This document shows, in pieces, positions 18,268 to 27,551 of a stretch of 64,000 nucleotides of DNA. Within the stretch, counting starts at the first letter, position 1. Each line of letters starts with the position of its first letter. Both the position numbers and the translations under genes were made by a program. This stretch comes from Candidatus Sulfomarinibacteraceae bacterium. Its GTDB lineage: Bacteria; Acidobacteriota; Thermoanaerobaculia; Thermoanaerobaculales; Sulfomarinibacteraceae. Under the pieces are notes generated by a model, which saw only the letters and a program-made list of their open reading frames with translations, did not search any database and had not been told where the DNA came from. The DNA lies in assembly GCA_963796455.1 (NCBI GenBank), contig CAWCLO010000010.1:704001-768000 (forward strand), in the 5' to 3' direction.

Positions 18268-19965
18268 ATGCGCCGAATTCTTGTCGTTGTTCTCGTCCTT
18301 GTCTCAACATCTCTGGGTATGGCTGCGGACCGGCCGGAGGGTCAGACTTTCGCAACCCGTTCGGTGACCTATGCCGAAAACGGCATGGTGGCCGCCGCCC
18401 ACCCGCTGGCAGTTCAGATCGGACTCGATGTCTTGAAGGCGGGCGGTTCGGCGGTTGACGCCGCAATTGCGGTCAACGCGGCGCTGGGGTTTCTGGAACC
18501 CACGGCCAATGGCATGGGTGGCGATCTCTTTGCCATGGTTTGGGACCCGAAGACGCAGAAGCTTTATGGCCTCAATGCCTCCGGCCGCGCCCCGGCGGCG
18601 CTGACCATCGACAAGGTGCCCGCCGAGGAGAACGGCACCATCCCGGTCTATTCGCCGTATTCGTGGACGGTACCGGGCTGCGCCGATGGCTGGTTCGAGC
18701 TGCACGGGAAGTTCGGCACGTTGCCGTTGCAAGACGTTCTCGCGCCGGCGGCCAGGATCGCGCGCGAGGGTGCGCCGGTGCCGCAGGTGATTGCCGGCGG
18801 TTGGGCGCGGAGCATTTCGCGTTTCAAGGACAAACCCGGTTTTGCCGAGGTTTTCATGCCGAACGGGCGCGCCCCGATGGAAGGGGAGGTCTTTGCCAAC
18901 CCGGCGCTGGCCGACACCCTGGAGTTGGTGGCCGCGGGCGGGCGCAAGGCTTTTTATGAGGGTGAGATCGCCAAGGAGATCGTGGCTTTCTCGGACAAAG
19001 TGGGCGGGTTCTTCTCGCTGGAGGACTTTGCCAACCACACCTCAGAGTGGGTGGAGCCCATCTCCACCACCTATCGCGGATTGACGGTGTGGGAACTGCC
19101 GCCCAATCCGCAGGGGCTCGCGGCGCTGCAGATGCTCAATATTCTCGAGGGCTTCGACGTGGCGACACTCGGTCGCGACAGCACCGATTTCTGGCACCTC
19201 ATGGTGGAGGCCAAAAAGCTGGCCTATGAGGATCGGGCGAAGTACTACGCGGACATGTCTTTTGCCGAGGTCCCGGTGGAGGCGCTGCTCGACAAGGGTT
19301 ATGCCGCTAAACGGGCCCGGCTGATCGATATGAAGAAAGCGGCCCGCAGCATCGTCCCCGGCAACCCGGCCCTCGACCACGGCGACACGACCTTTCTCGT
19401 GACCGCCGACTCCAATGGGATGCTGGTTTCGCTGATCCAATCGAACTACACCGGTTTTGGGTCGGGCTATGTGGTGCCGTCGCTCGGAATCGGCATCCAG
19501 GATCGTGGCGCGCTCTTCAGCCTCGACCCCGACCACGCCAATGCGCTCGAGCCCGGCAAGCGGCCTTTTCACACCATCATTCCGGCCTTCATGGGGTGGG
19601 ATGGCAAACCCGACACAGCCTTTGGTCTGATGGGCGGTGGCATGCAGCCCCAGGGCCACGTCCAGATCGTGGTCAACCTGGTGGACTTCGGGATGAACCT
19701 GCAGGAGGCGGGGGACGCGCCGCGTTTCTACCACACCGGTTCGTCGCAACCGACCGGGACGGTGATGAAATCCGGTGGCGTGCTCCACCTCGAGTCGGGG
19801 CTGCCGCAGGAGGTCTATCGCGACCTCAACAAACGGGGCCACCGGATCCAGGAAACCAACCCGGTGGTCTTTGGTGGTTACCAGGCGATCCATCGCGATC
19901 CGAAAACGGGTGTGCTCGCGGGGGCCACCGAGTCGCGCAAGGATGGGATGGCGGCAGGGTATTAG
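18268..19965 (+). CDS. ggt: Gamma-glutamyltransferase (secreted)
   Basis: Signal peptide; GGSAVDAAIA; autoprocessing site GD|TT; PGKRPFHTIIP; GGGMQPQGH. Confidence 0.95.
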   Translation: MRRILVVVLVLVSTSLGMAADRPEGQTFATRSVTYAENGMVAAAHPLAVQIGLDVLKAGGSAVDAAIAVNAALGFLEPTANGMGGDLFAMVWDPKTQKLYGLNASGRAPAALTIDKVPAEENGTIPVYSPYSWTVPGCADGWFELHGKFGTLPLQDVLAPAARIAREGAPVPQVIAGGWARSISRFKDKPGFAEVFMPNGRAPMEGEVFANPALADTLELVAAGGRKAFYEGEIAKEIVAFSDKVGGFFSLEDFANHTSEWVEPISTTYRGLTVWELPPNPQGLAALQMLNILEGFDVATLGRDSTDFWHLMVEAKKLAYEDRAKYYADMSFAEVPVEALLDKGYAAKRARLIDMKKAARSIVPGNPALDHGDTTFLVTADSNGMLVSLIQSNYTGFGSGYVVPSLGIGIQDRGALFSLDPDHANALEPGKRPFHTIIPAFMGWDGKPDTAFGLMGGGMQPQGHVQIVVNLVDFGMNLQEAGDAPRFYHTGSSQPTGTVMKSGGVLHLESGLPQEVYRDLNKRGHRIQETNPVVFGGYQAIHRDPKTGVLAGATESRKDGMAAGY

Positions 19966-20067
19966 GCTCGAGGCTTGGGGCATGAGACTTGAGGTCGTGC
20001 CGGCTTGAAATATTGACACCAAGTGGGTGGGTGGGCGCGCAAGCCCCAGGTCCCAGGTCCCAAGCCC
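19965..20067. repeat. Imperfect inverted pair of 7-mer arms (GGCTTGA-like / CCCAGGT-CCAAGCC-like)
   Basis: ggctcga ggcttgg ggcatga gacttga ... caagccc caggtcc caggtcc caagccc. Confidence 0.6.
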
Positions 20068-20094
20068 TTCTGTTCGCGCTAATATAGCGGCACA

Positions 20095-21822
20095 ATGCTG
20101 GACCCAATTCTCACTGCTGAACAAAAGGATCTTCTCGACTCCGAGCGCGCGCTCCTGGCCGAGGTGACGGCGGGGCTCGAACGCGGTGAGGTTTCTGCCG
20201 ACGATCTCCGGGCGCTGGCCGATTCGGTGCGCCAGCTCGACGAGCTCTTCCTGCTCGTGGTGGTGGGTGAATTCAACGCCGGCAAGAGCGCGCTCATCAA
20301 TGCGCTGCTCGGCGAAAAAGTTCTGGCCGAAGGCGTGACGCCGACGACCGCCAAGATCCACCACATCACCTTTGGCGAGGCTGTGGAGCGGGAGCCGATG
20401 GGTGCGGTGGGTGAACGGGTCACCGCGCCGGTCGAGACGCTGCGCCAGTTGACGATCGTGGACACTCCGGGCACCAACGCCCTCGACCGCGCCCACGAGG
20501 CGCTGACCACCGACTATGTACCGCGTGCCGATCTGGTGCTCTTTGTGACCTCCGCCGATCGCCCGTTGTCCGAGAGCGAGCGGGTCTTTCTCGAGACCAT
20601 CCGCCGCTGGGGCAAGAAGGTCGCCATGGTGATCAACAAGGTGGATATCATCCGCACCGAGGATGAGCGCGAAGAGGTTCAGAGCTATGTCACCTCCAAC
20701 GCGACGCGTCTGCTCGGAGTCGAACCAGCGGTCTTTCCAGTCTCGGCTCTGCTCGCGGCCGAGGCGAAGAGTGTGGAGGCCCGTGAGGCGAGCGGTCTGC
20801 CGGCGGTGGAGAGTTACCTCCATCAAACCCTCGAGAGCGGGGAGTTGTTGCGGCTCAAGCTCTCGAACCCCCTTGGGGTCGCCTCCCACCTGCTCGGTAC
20901 TTCACTCGAGACTCTCGATGCACGCCTCGCCCTGCTGGATGATGACCTGAAGACCCTCGACGACATCGAGGCCCAGACCGACACCTGGGCATCGGATGTC
21001 CGCCGCGAGTTCGAATTGCGGCTGTCGGATATCGACAATGTGCTGCACGGTATAGAGCAGCGGGGCACCCAGTTCTTCGATGACACGGTGCGGATCAATC
21101 GCCTGCCAAAGCTCTTCGACAAATCGGAGCTCAAACAGCGCTTCGAATCGGAGGTGGTCGCCAAGGCCCCCGACGATGTCGAGACAAAGGTCGATTCGCT
21201 GATCGACTGGCTGGTGGATTCGGAACTCGGTCACTGGCAGAACGTGGTCAATCATGTCAATCGCCGCGCCTCGGCCCACTCCGACCGCATGGTGGGTGAG
21301 GTGGGTGGGCGATTCGAGACCGACCGCTCTCGATTGCTCGAGACCGTCGGCCGTGCCGCACGCGAAGGCCTGGCCTCCTACGACCGGGTCGCCGAGGCAC
21401 GAAGGATGGCGGAGGATCTGCAGCGGGCGGTCACCTCGACGGCGGTCCTCGAAGTCGGCGCGGTGGGTCTCGGCGCCGCGGTGGCGCTGGCGGCAAGCTC
21501 GACGGCCGCCGATATCACCGGTCTGACCGCGGCCGGGTTGATGGCCGCTCTCGGGCTCTTTGTCCTGCCCCACCGTCGGCGCAAGGCCAAAGCGGAGCTC
21601 AAAGAGAAGATCGCGGCGCTGCGCTCGGAACTCATGACTGCTCTTACCACCCACTTCGACACCGAAGCCGTGCGCGGCCGTCACCGGCTCGTTGAAACCA
21701 TCGCGCCCTACACCCGCTTCGTACGCTCGGAGTCCGAACGTCTCGCCGGCGAACGCGATGGGTTGAAGGGGCTCTCCGAACGCGTCGGCGAGATGACGGC
21801 GCGGGTGGAGAGTCTGGCCTGA
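20095..21822 (+). CDS. Bacterial dynamin-like GTPase (FZL/mitofusin-like)
   Basis: G1 GEFNAGKS, G2 GVTPTT, G3 DTPG, G4 NKVD; helical stalk; hydrophobic hairpin near the C-terminus. Confidence 0.88.
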   Translation: MLDPILTAEQKDLLDSERALLAEVTAGLERGEVSADDLRALADSVRQLDELFLLVVVGEFNAGKSALINALLGEKVLAEGVTPTTAKIHHITFGEAVEREPMGAVGERVTAPVETLRQLTIVDTPGTNALDRAHEALTTDYVPRADLVLFVTSADRPLSESERVFLETIRRWGKKVAMVINKVDIIRTEDEREEVQSYVTSNATRLLGVEPAVFPVSALLAAEAKSVEAREASGLPAVESYLHQTLESGELLRLKLSNPLGVASHLLGTSLETLDARLALLDDDLKTLDDIEAQTDTWASDVRREFELRLSDIDNVLHGIEQRGTQFFDDTVRINRLPKLFDKSELKQRFESEVVAKAPDDVETKVDSLIDWLVDSELGHWQNVVNHVNRRASAHSDRMVGEVGGRFETDRSRLLETVGRAAREGLASYDRVAEARRMAEDLQRAVTSTAVLEVGAVGLGAAVALAASSTAADITGLTAAGLMAALGLFVLPHRRRKAKAELKEKIAALRSELMTALTTHFDTEAVRGRHRLVETIAPYTRFVRSESERLAGERDGLKGLSERVGEMTARVESLA

Positions 21823-21840
21823 ACCATCGAACACGGGACA

Positions 21841-21994
21841 AACCACCAAGACACCAAGTTCACCAAGGGGAGCCAGCTGAGTTTCTCTGTCTCGTTTGAG
21901 GCCGACCCCCTTCACGGTGCGACGTACGAGATCTGTATGGCATCACCTGTGTGATGACGTGGGAGAATCTTGGTGTTCTTGGCGTCTTGGTGGT
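21841..21994. repeat. Inverted pair of CACCAAG-type arms enclosing ~100 nt
   Basis: accaccaagacaccaagttcaccaag matches the reverse complement of 21969-21994 at 23/26 positions. Confidence 0.85.
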
Positions 21995-22009
21995 GAGTCG
22001 AAAACGCCG

Positions 22010-22040
22010 AAAAAACGGGGCGGGGATGAACCCCGCCCCT
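22010..22040 (-). terminator. Intrinsic terminator of the VPS10/BNR gene
   Basis: GGGGCGGGG-atgaa-CCCCGCCCC stem, followed by a U-tract on the minus strand. Confidence 0.65.
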
Positions 22041-22062
22041 AGAACATTCAGGTCGACGCTTT

Positions 22063-25000
22063 CTAATTCACGCTCGGCAGCGGCCTGCCCGGCGTCCACG
22101 GAACACCGGCGTCGTCGAACTTGCCTTCGAGGCCCGGGAGCGCGGTTTCGAGGATTTGGCGCAGTTTGGGCTCGATGGCCGCAAACTGCTCTTCGGCGAT
22201 CTCGAAGGCCCGCTGGTGCATGGCTGTGGGGCCGTAGTCCGAACGGCCGTCGGTTCCGCCGGCCACCCGCAGCCTTCTCGAGATGCTCGGGGTGGTGGGC
22301 TCGCCGATTCCGCTGATGGAGCGATTGCCGTTGAGTGCCATGTCGATGTCAAAGAGTTCCTGTTTGAGCGCCTCGAGCTCCTCATCGAGCGTGCCCGGGG
22401 CCGCAGTGGATCGTTTGAGCGCCTTTTCGAGGTGCTCGATCCTGGAGAAGGCCAGGGCCATCGCCTGCGATGCGGCACTGACGCCGCGTTGGAGGTCGGC
22501 CACCTGCTGCATGAAGGCGGCTGTGTCTTCGGGCGCCATGCCCTCGAGGGAACCCTCGAAGGTGCGCACCACCTCGAAGTCCACCGGGCCGCCGAGCTCG
22601 GTGACCACACCGTCCACCCGCTTGGAAAGGGTGACCGAGTAGGAGCCCGGAGGCACCAGGAAACCGGCATCGGCATCACCACTCGGCGCCCCGCGTCGGC
22701 CGCCCCCGGAGGAGGTGCGGATGGCCGAGGTGGTGGGTGAGGTGAGATTCCAGGCCACCCGGTGAAAGCCCTTCTTGGTGGGGCCGGTGATGGTCCGAAC
22801 GATGTCACCCCCGGCGTCCTTGATGGTGAGCAGGATGGCGGCATCCGGTTGACGCCGTTCCTTCTCGAGCTCATCAAAGCTCACGAATGGCGTGTCCTGC
22901 CACTCCTTCTCGAGTTTCTTCTCGGCCTTGCGGCGGCTGTCCTCGAGGGACGAGATGCCGTCGCCGAGGTGATAGGTGAAGACGGCGCCGAAGGGTGGAT
23001 TGTCGGCGATGTAGAAGGACGTACCCTGCGAGGCCTGACCCGAACCACCGAGAGGCCGCTGCTCCATATACCACGGGGTCTCGCGGACCGGGAAGAGAGT
23101 GGCCTCCTTCTCGAGCGCTGCCTCGGAGACCTCGCGCAGCGGGCTGTAGTCGTCAAAGACGTAGAAACCGCGGCCGAAGGAGGCTCCCACCAGATCGTTG
23201 TCGCGGCGCTGAATGGCAAGGTCGCGGAAAGAGATCGTGGGCACGCCGCCGGAGAGCTTGGTCCAGGCATCGCCCCCATCGACGGAGAAGAAGATGCCGA
23301 ACTCGGTGGCGAGGAAGAGCAGTTCCTTCTTCACGTGGTCCTGGACCAGGCGCCAGACCAGATGGCGGTCGGGGAGACTGCCGGCGATGGATGTCCAGGT
23401 GACGCCGCGGTCGGTGGTCTTCAGCACATAGGGTTTGAAGTCGCCGTACTTGTGGTTGTCGAGACACACATAGGCAGTGTCGGCGTCAAAAAGATCGGCC
23501 TTGATGTCGTTGACGAAGGCGGTGTCCGGGACTCCCGGCAGATCACCCACCGGAATCGCCTGCCAACTCTCACCGCCGTTGGAGCTCACCTGAAGCAGGC
23601 CGTCGTCGGTGCCGGCCCACAGGAGGCCCTCCTGCTTGGGCGACTCGGCGAGTGAGGTGATGGTGTTGTAGTTGGACATGGCGTAGAGGTCCCAGGGGGC
23701 GGTGGCACTCCACTGTCGACCCATCACCGGTATCAACAGCCGATTCTCGTTCTTGGTCAGATCGTCCGAAACCGGAGTCCAGCTGTCGCCCCGGTTGTCC
23801 GACCGCCACACCCGCTGCGATGCGAAGTAGACCCGGGTCGGTGCGTGCGGGCTGACGAGGATGGGCGAGTCCCAGTTGAAGCGCTCCGGCGGGTCGCCGG
23901 GCTCGGGCTGGGGCTGAATGTAGACCACGGTGCCGTTGCTTCGATCGACTCGGTGCAAGACCCCGTTCTGCGACTCCGAATAGACGATGTCGGGGTTCCC
24001 GGGCTCGGTGGCCGGCTGGTGGCCGTCGCCGCCGAGGTTGATGAACCAGTCGCGGTTCATGATGCCGTTGACGTTGGTGGTGCGCGCGGGCCCACCCTGG
24101 GTGCTGTTGTCCTGGGTGCCGCCGTACACGTTGTAAAACGGCTCGGAGTCATCCAACGCCAGCTTGTAGAACTGGGTCACCGGGAGGTTGGCCACGAAGC
24201 GCCAGGTCTCGGCCAGATCGAAGCTCTCGTAGAGCCCACCGTCGGTGCCCACCAGCAGATAGTCGGGGTCGTCCGGACGGAAGGCCAGCGCATGGTTGTC
24301 CGAGTGCTTGGTCCTCTCGTTCATGATCCGGAAGGTCTTGCCGCCGTCGTCGGAAATCTGCATGCGCACATCGATGATGTAGATGCGGTCGAATGCGTGC
24401 GGGCTGGCTTCGAGTTCCTGGTAATAGTGGGGACCCGTGCCGCCGGACACCGCGTCGGACATCTTCTTCCAGCTGGCGCCGCGGTTGGCGGAGCGCCAGG
24501 TGCCGCCTTCGCGGTTGTCGAGCTCGATTACTGCATAGACCACATCGGGGTTCTGGGGTGAAATCGTCATCCCGATTTTACCCAGGTTGCCCTTGGGGAG
24601 GCCGGTCTTGAGGCGGGTCCAATTGTCGCCGCCGTCGGTGGTCTTATAAAGCCCGCTCTCCGGACCGCCGTCGATTACAGCGGCCACTGTGCGGTGGTGC
24701 TGCCAGGTGGCGGCGTAGAGCACATCGGGGTCGCGTGGGTCGATGACCATATCGGTGACGCCGGTCCACTCGCCGTCGGAGAGAACGTTGGCCCAGGTCT
24801 CGCCGCCGTCGGTGGTCTTGAAAAGACCACGTTCGCCGCCCGGTGCCCACAAGGGCCCCTGGGACGCCACCCAGACCGTGTCGGAGTCTCCGGGGTGAAC
24901 AATGATCTCCGAGATGTGTTCGGATTCTTTCAGACCCATGTTCTTCCAGGTCTTGCCGCCGTCGTTGCTGCGGTAGACGCCGTCTCCGAAGCCCACGTGG

Positions 25001-25356
25001 CGCCCGCCGACGTTTTCGCCGGTGCCGACCCACACGATCTCGGGGTTGGAGGGGTCGAGAACGACGCACCCGATGGAGTAGGAATCCTCGCCGTCGAAGA
25101 TCGGGTTCCAGGTCGTGCCCGAGTTGCTGGTCTTCCAAACGCCGCCCGAACCCACAGCCACGTACCAGGTGCTGTAATCGGTCGGGTGGATCGCGATGTC
25201 CGCGATCCGCCCGGACATCAACGCCGGCCCGATGGCGCGGAATTCGAGGCCCGAAAATGCCTTGGCCGAGAGGCCCTTTTCTTCCGTATCTTCTTCGGCG
25301 GCCCCGAGCGGCAGCGCCAGGGCGATGATCACCAACGCGAGCAATGCTTTTCTCAT
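22063..25356 (-). CDS. Secreted VPS10/BNR (Asp-box) repeat glycosyl-hydrolase-like protein
   Basis: Signal peptide MRKALLAL...; many SxDGGxTW Asp-boxes; IGPALMSGRIADI; YGGTQDN. Confidence 0.9.
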   Translation of the reverse strand: MRKALLALVIIALALPLGAAEEDTEEKGLSAKAFSGLEFRAIGPALMSGRIADIAIHPTDYSTWYVAVGSGGVWKTSNSGTTWNPIFDGEDSYSIGCVVLDPSNPEIVWVGTGENVGGRHVGFGDGVYRSNDGGKTWKNMGLKESEHISEIIVHPGDSDTVWVASQGPLWAPGGERGLFKTTDGGETWANVLSDGEWTGVTDMVIDPRDPDVLYAATWQHHRTVAAVIDGGPESGLYKTTDGGDNWTRLKTGLPKGNLGKIGMTISPQNPDVVYAVIELDNREGGTWRSANRGASWKKMSDAVSGGTGPHYYQELEASPHAFDRIYIIDVRMQISDDGGKTFRIMNERTKHSDNHALAFRPDDPDYLLVGTDGGLYESFDLAETWRFVANLPVTQFYKLALDDSEPFYNVYGGTQDNSTQGGPARTTNVNGIMNRDWFINLGGDGHQPATEPGNPDIVYSESQNGVLHRVDRSNGTVVYIQPQPEPGDPPERFNWDSPILVSPHAPTRVYFASQRVWRSDNRGDSWTPVSDDLTKNENRLLIPVMGRQWSATAPWDLYAMSNYNTITSLAESPKQEGLLWAGTDDGLLQVSSNGGESWQAIPVGDLPGVPDTAFVNDIKADLFDADTAYVCLDNHKYGDFKPYVLKTTDRGVTWTSIAGSLPDRHLVWRLVQDHVKKELLFLATEFGIFFSVDGGDAWTKLSGGVPTISFRDLAIQRRDNDLVGASFGRGFYVFDDYSPLREVSEAALEKEATLFPVRETPWYMEQRPLGGSGQASQGTSFYIADNPPFGAVFTYHLGDGISSLEDSRRKAEKKLEKEWQDTPFVSFDELEKERRQPDAAILLTIKDAGGDIVRTITGPTKKGFHRVAWNLTSPTTSAIRTSSGGGRRGAPSGDADAGFLVPPGSYSVTLSKRVDGVVTELGGPVDFEVVRTFEGSLEGMAPEDTAAFMQQVADLQRGVSAASQAMALAFSRIEHLEKALKRSTAAPGTLDEELEALKQELFDIDMALNGNRSISGIGEPTTPSISRRLRVAGGTDGRSDYGPTAMHQRAFEIAEEQFAAIEPKLRQILETALPGLEGKFDDAGVPWTPGRPLPSVN

Positions 25357-25443
25357 GTTCCCCCCGTCCTCAAAGACTTCCACGACAGCTGCAACTTTAA
25401 CAAGGACGGGCGTTCTGTGGAGAGGAAAGGGACCCCGGTTTCT

Positions 25444-26496
25444 TTATTTTTGTTGAGCCGCGAACATGGGGAATGAGGGAAAAAGTCGAGTTTGCGTTGA
25501 GGTGATCAACCCATTCCGAACGAGACTCCGACTAAGGAGCACGAATGCGAGGGGAAAAGCCCACCGCGAGAATCGGTTGAACCCGGCCGCGCGCTCCTCG
25601 GTCATGGAGCTCGTCAACGCCACCTGGATCAGAGCGACAAAGACCATGATGGTTGCACCGAGGAGAAAGTAGTCGAGGCGGGTGAGGTAAGAGACCGGTG
25701 GCAACGATTGTCCGAGGAGGAAGCGGTAGGCGATGAGAGTCAGCATCGAGGTCACCGCGACACTCAAGCGGGGACCGATGTTTTCGGCGCTGAGCCAGAA
25801 GACCACCCAGGACATGAAAACGATGATGGCGACCGAGATAAAAGCCTTGCCGACATAAAAGCCGAGATGCCGGCGAGCCTCGAAGAAACCCTCCACACCG
25901 GGGATTTCCCGTCCTCCGGGAACGATTGAGTACGGATTCTGCCGCATCAAGAATGAACCGATCGACCAGTCGGGCACCGTCATGGTGGGTGATTGAATGT
26001 CCTTGAAGCCCACGGTGGACGGAGCCATTTCGATCTCGGCCGGAAGATAGCCTGGAATCACCACCTGGAGCGCGAATCGGTGCCGGTCGAGGGGGAAATC
26101 TCGCAGATTGAGGGGCGAGGCGAACTGTCCGTAAAAGCGCTGGCGATAGATGACCGTGCCGTCCGGAGCGATGTCGACCTTTTCGTCAAAGGTCTTCCAC
26201 AAGCGGCGTTGGTTGATGATCTGGACCCGCGGGTTCCAGATGCTGTCGAGTGCTTGTCTGCGGACCCCTTTGATGTCGGCGGCCAGGCGATCGTCCTTCC
26301 ACCGCAACATCATGAAGACATCAGCGGTAAAGCTCTGGTCGGCGCCGTCGATCTTCGAGACATCCAGAAGTACCAATGTGGTATCGACCCGGAGCGGCGT
26401 GCCCTCCTCGCCCGGTCGTGTGCCCGTGAGGTTTTCGGAAGGCGCAGAAACCGAGGCAACCGACATCACAAAGAGCAGAATGAGCAATCGCCGCAT
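25444..26496 (-). CDS. Prokaryotic pentameric ligand-gated ion channel (GLIC/ELIC-like)
   Basis: Signal peptide; WKDDRL, IWNPRV and Pro-loop LRDFPLDRH; four TM helices with LPPVSYLTRLD. The extreme C-terminus may be frameshifted. Confidence 0.88.
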   Translation of the reverse strand: MRRLLILLFVMSVASVSAPSENLTGTRPGEEGTPLRVDTTLVLLDVSKIDGADQSFTADVFMMLRWKDDRLAADIKGVRRQALDSIWNPRVQIINQRRLWKTFDEKVDIAPDGTVIYRQRFYGQFASPLNLRDFPLDRHRFALQVVIPGYLPAEIEMAPSTVGFKDIQSPTMTVPDWSIGSFLMRQNPYSIVPGGREIPGVEGFFEARRHLGFYVGKAFISVAIIVFMSWVVFWLSAENIGPRLSVAVTSMLTLIAYRFLLGQSLPPVSYLTRLDYFLLGATIMVFVALIQVALTSSMTEERAAGFNRFSRWAFPLAFVLLSRSLVRNGLITSTQTRLFPSFPMFAAQQK

Positions 26497-26622
26497 ATAC
26501 GAATCTCCCTTGTTGCGCTATTCTACAGGCCGCTTGTGCGGGGGGAATCCCCGATTCACCACAGATGTTCAATAAAGGGGCCTCGGAAAATGCCGGCCCG
26601 ACCCACACCAAGGAGGAGATTC

Positions 26623-27435
26623 ATGAAACGTACGTTTGTCATTTTCGCTATTGCTTTGCTCGCGCTGGTCAGCGCCCCGAGCGACGTTCAGGCCGCAGAC
26701 AATGCGCCGATTTTGAGCCGGATCGTCGAAAGCGGGACCTTCCGCGTCGGTATGTCCGGGACCCAGCCGCCATTCACGGTGATGTCCAAAGCGGGCAATC
26801 TGATCGGCTACGAAGTTGATCTCGCCAATGTGCTCGCCGATGCCATGGGCGTCAAGGCCGAGTTTGTCCAGATGCCCTTCGGCGATCTGCTCGACGCACT
26901 CGAGGCCGGCAAGATCGACGCCATCATGTCGGGTATGACCATGACCCCCCGGCGCAACCTTCGCGCGGCCTTCGTCGGTCCCTATATCGTTTCCGGTAAG
27001 TCGATTCTGACCACTTCGAGCGCCCTGGCCGCCCTCCAGGATGCCGAGGAGATCGATCGTTCGACGATCAAGATCACCGCCCTCAAGGGCTCCACCAGCG
27101 AGAAGTTCGTCAAGACGGTGCTCGAAAAGACGACCTTTATCGGCGTCGATGACTATGATGCCGGTGTCCAGATGGTGCTCGACGGCAAGGCGGACGCCCT
27201 GGTGGCTGATTACCCGATCTGTGCATTGTCCTTGATGCGCTTCCCCGATGCCGGCCTCGCGACGCTGTCCGAGCCGATGACCATCGAGCCGATCGGTATT
27301 GCTCTCGCCCCCGGCGACTCGCTCTACGTCAACATGGTCACCAACTACCTCGGCGCCCTCGAAGGCCTCGGTCTGCTCGAGCTGCTCGAGGAGAAGTGGT
27401 TCGATGACGGCGGTTGGCTGATCCAACTTCCCTAA
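26623..27435 (+). CDS. Amino-acid ABC-type substrate-binding protein (family 3), orphan
   Basis: RBS AGGAGG; signal peptide; PPF..GYEVDLA, GKIDAIMSGMTMTPRR, GSTSE, EKWF. Confidence 0.9.
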   Translation: MKRTFVIFAIALLALVSAPSDVQAADNAPILSRIVESGTFRVGMSGTQPPFTVMSKAGNLIGYEVDLANVLADAMGVKAEFVQMPFGDLLDALEAGKIDAIMSGMTMTPRRNLRAAFVGPYIVSGKSILTTSSALAALQDAEEIDRSTIKITALKGSTSEKFVKTVLEKTTFIGVDDYDAGVQMVLDGKADALVADYPICALSLMRFPDAGLATLSEPMTIEPIGIALAPGDSLYVNMVTNYLGALEGLGLLELLEEKWFDDGGWLIQLP

Positions 27436-27551
27436 CAGTTTCCTCGAAGCCAAGCGCTTCAAACGAATCGCTGAAAAGCTGAATTGAGGTGGTGCAGTCG
27501 CACCACCTTTTTCTTGGGTTAAGATTCTCGGACCCAGGCAGGAGGAAGTTG

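Noticed and set aside
25993..26622. N-terminal extension of the 480-aa substrate-binding ORF
   Set aside because: It overlaps the pLGIC gene antisense. The real start is ATG 26623, with AGGAGG and a signal peptide.
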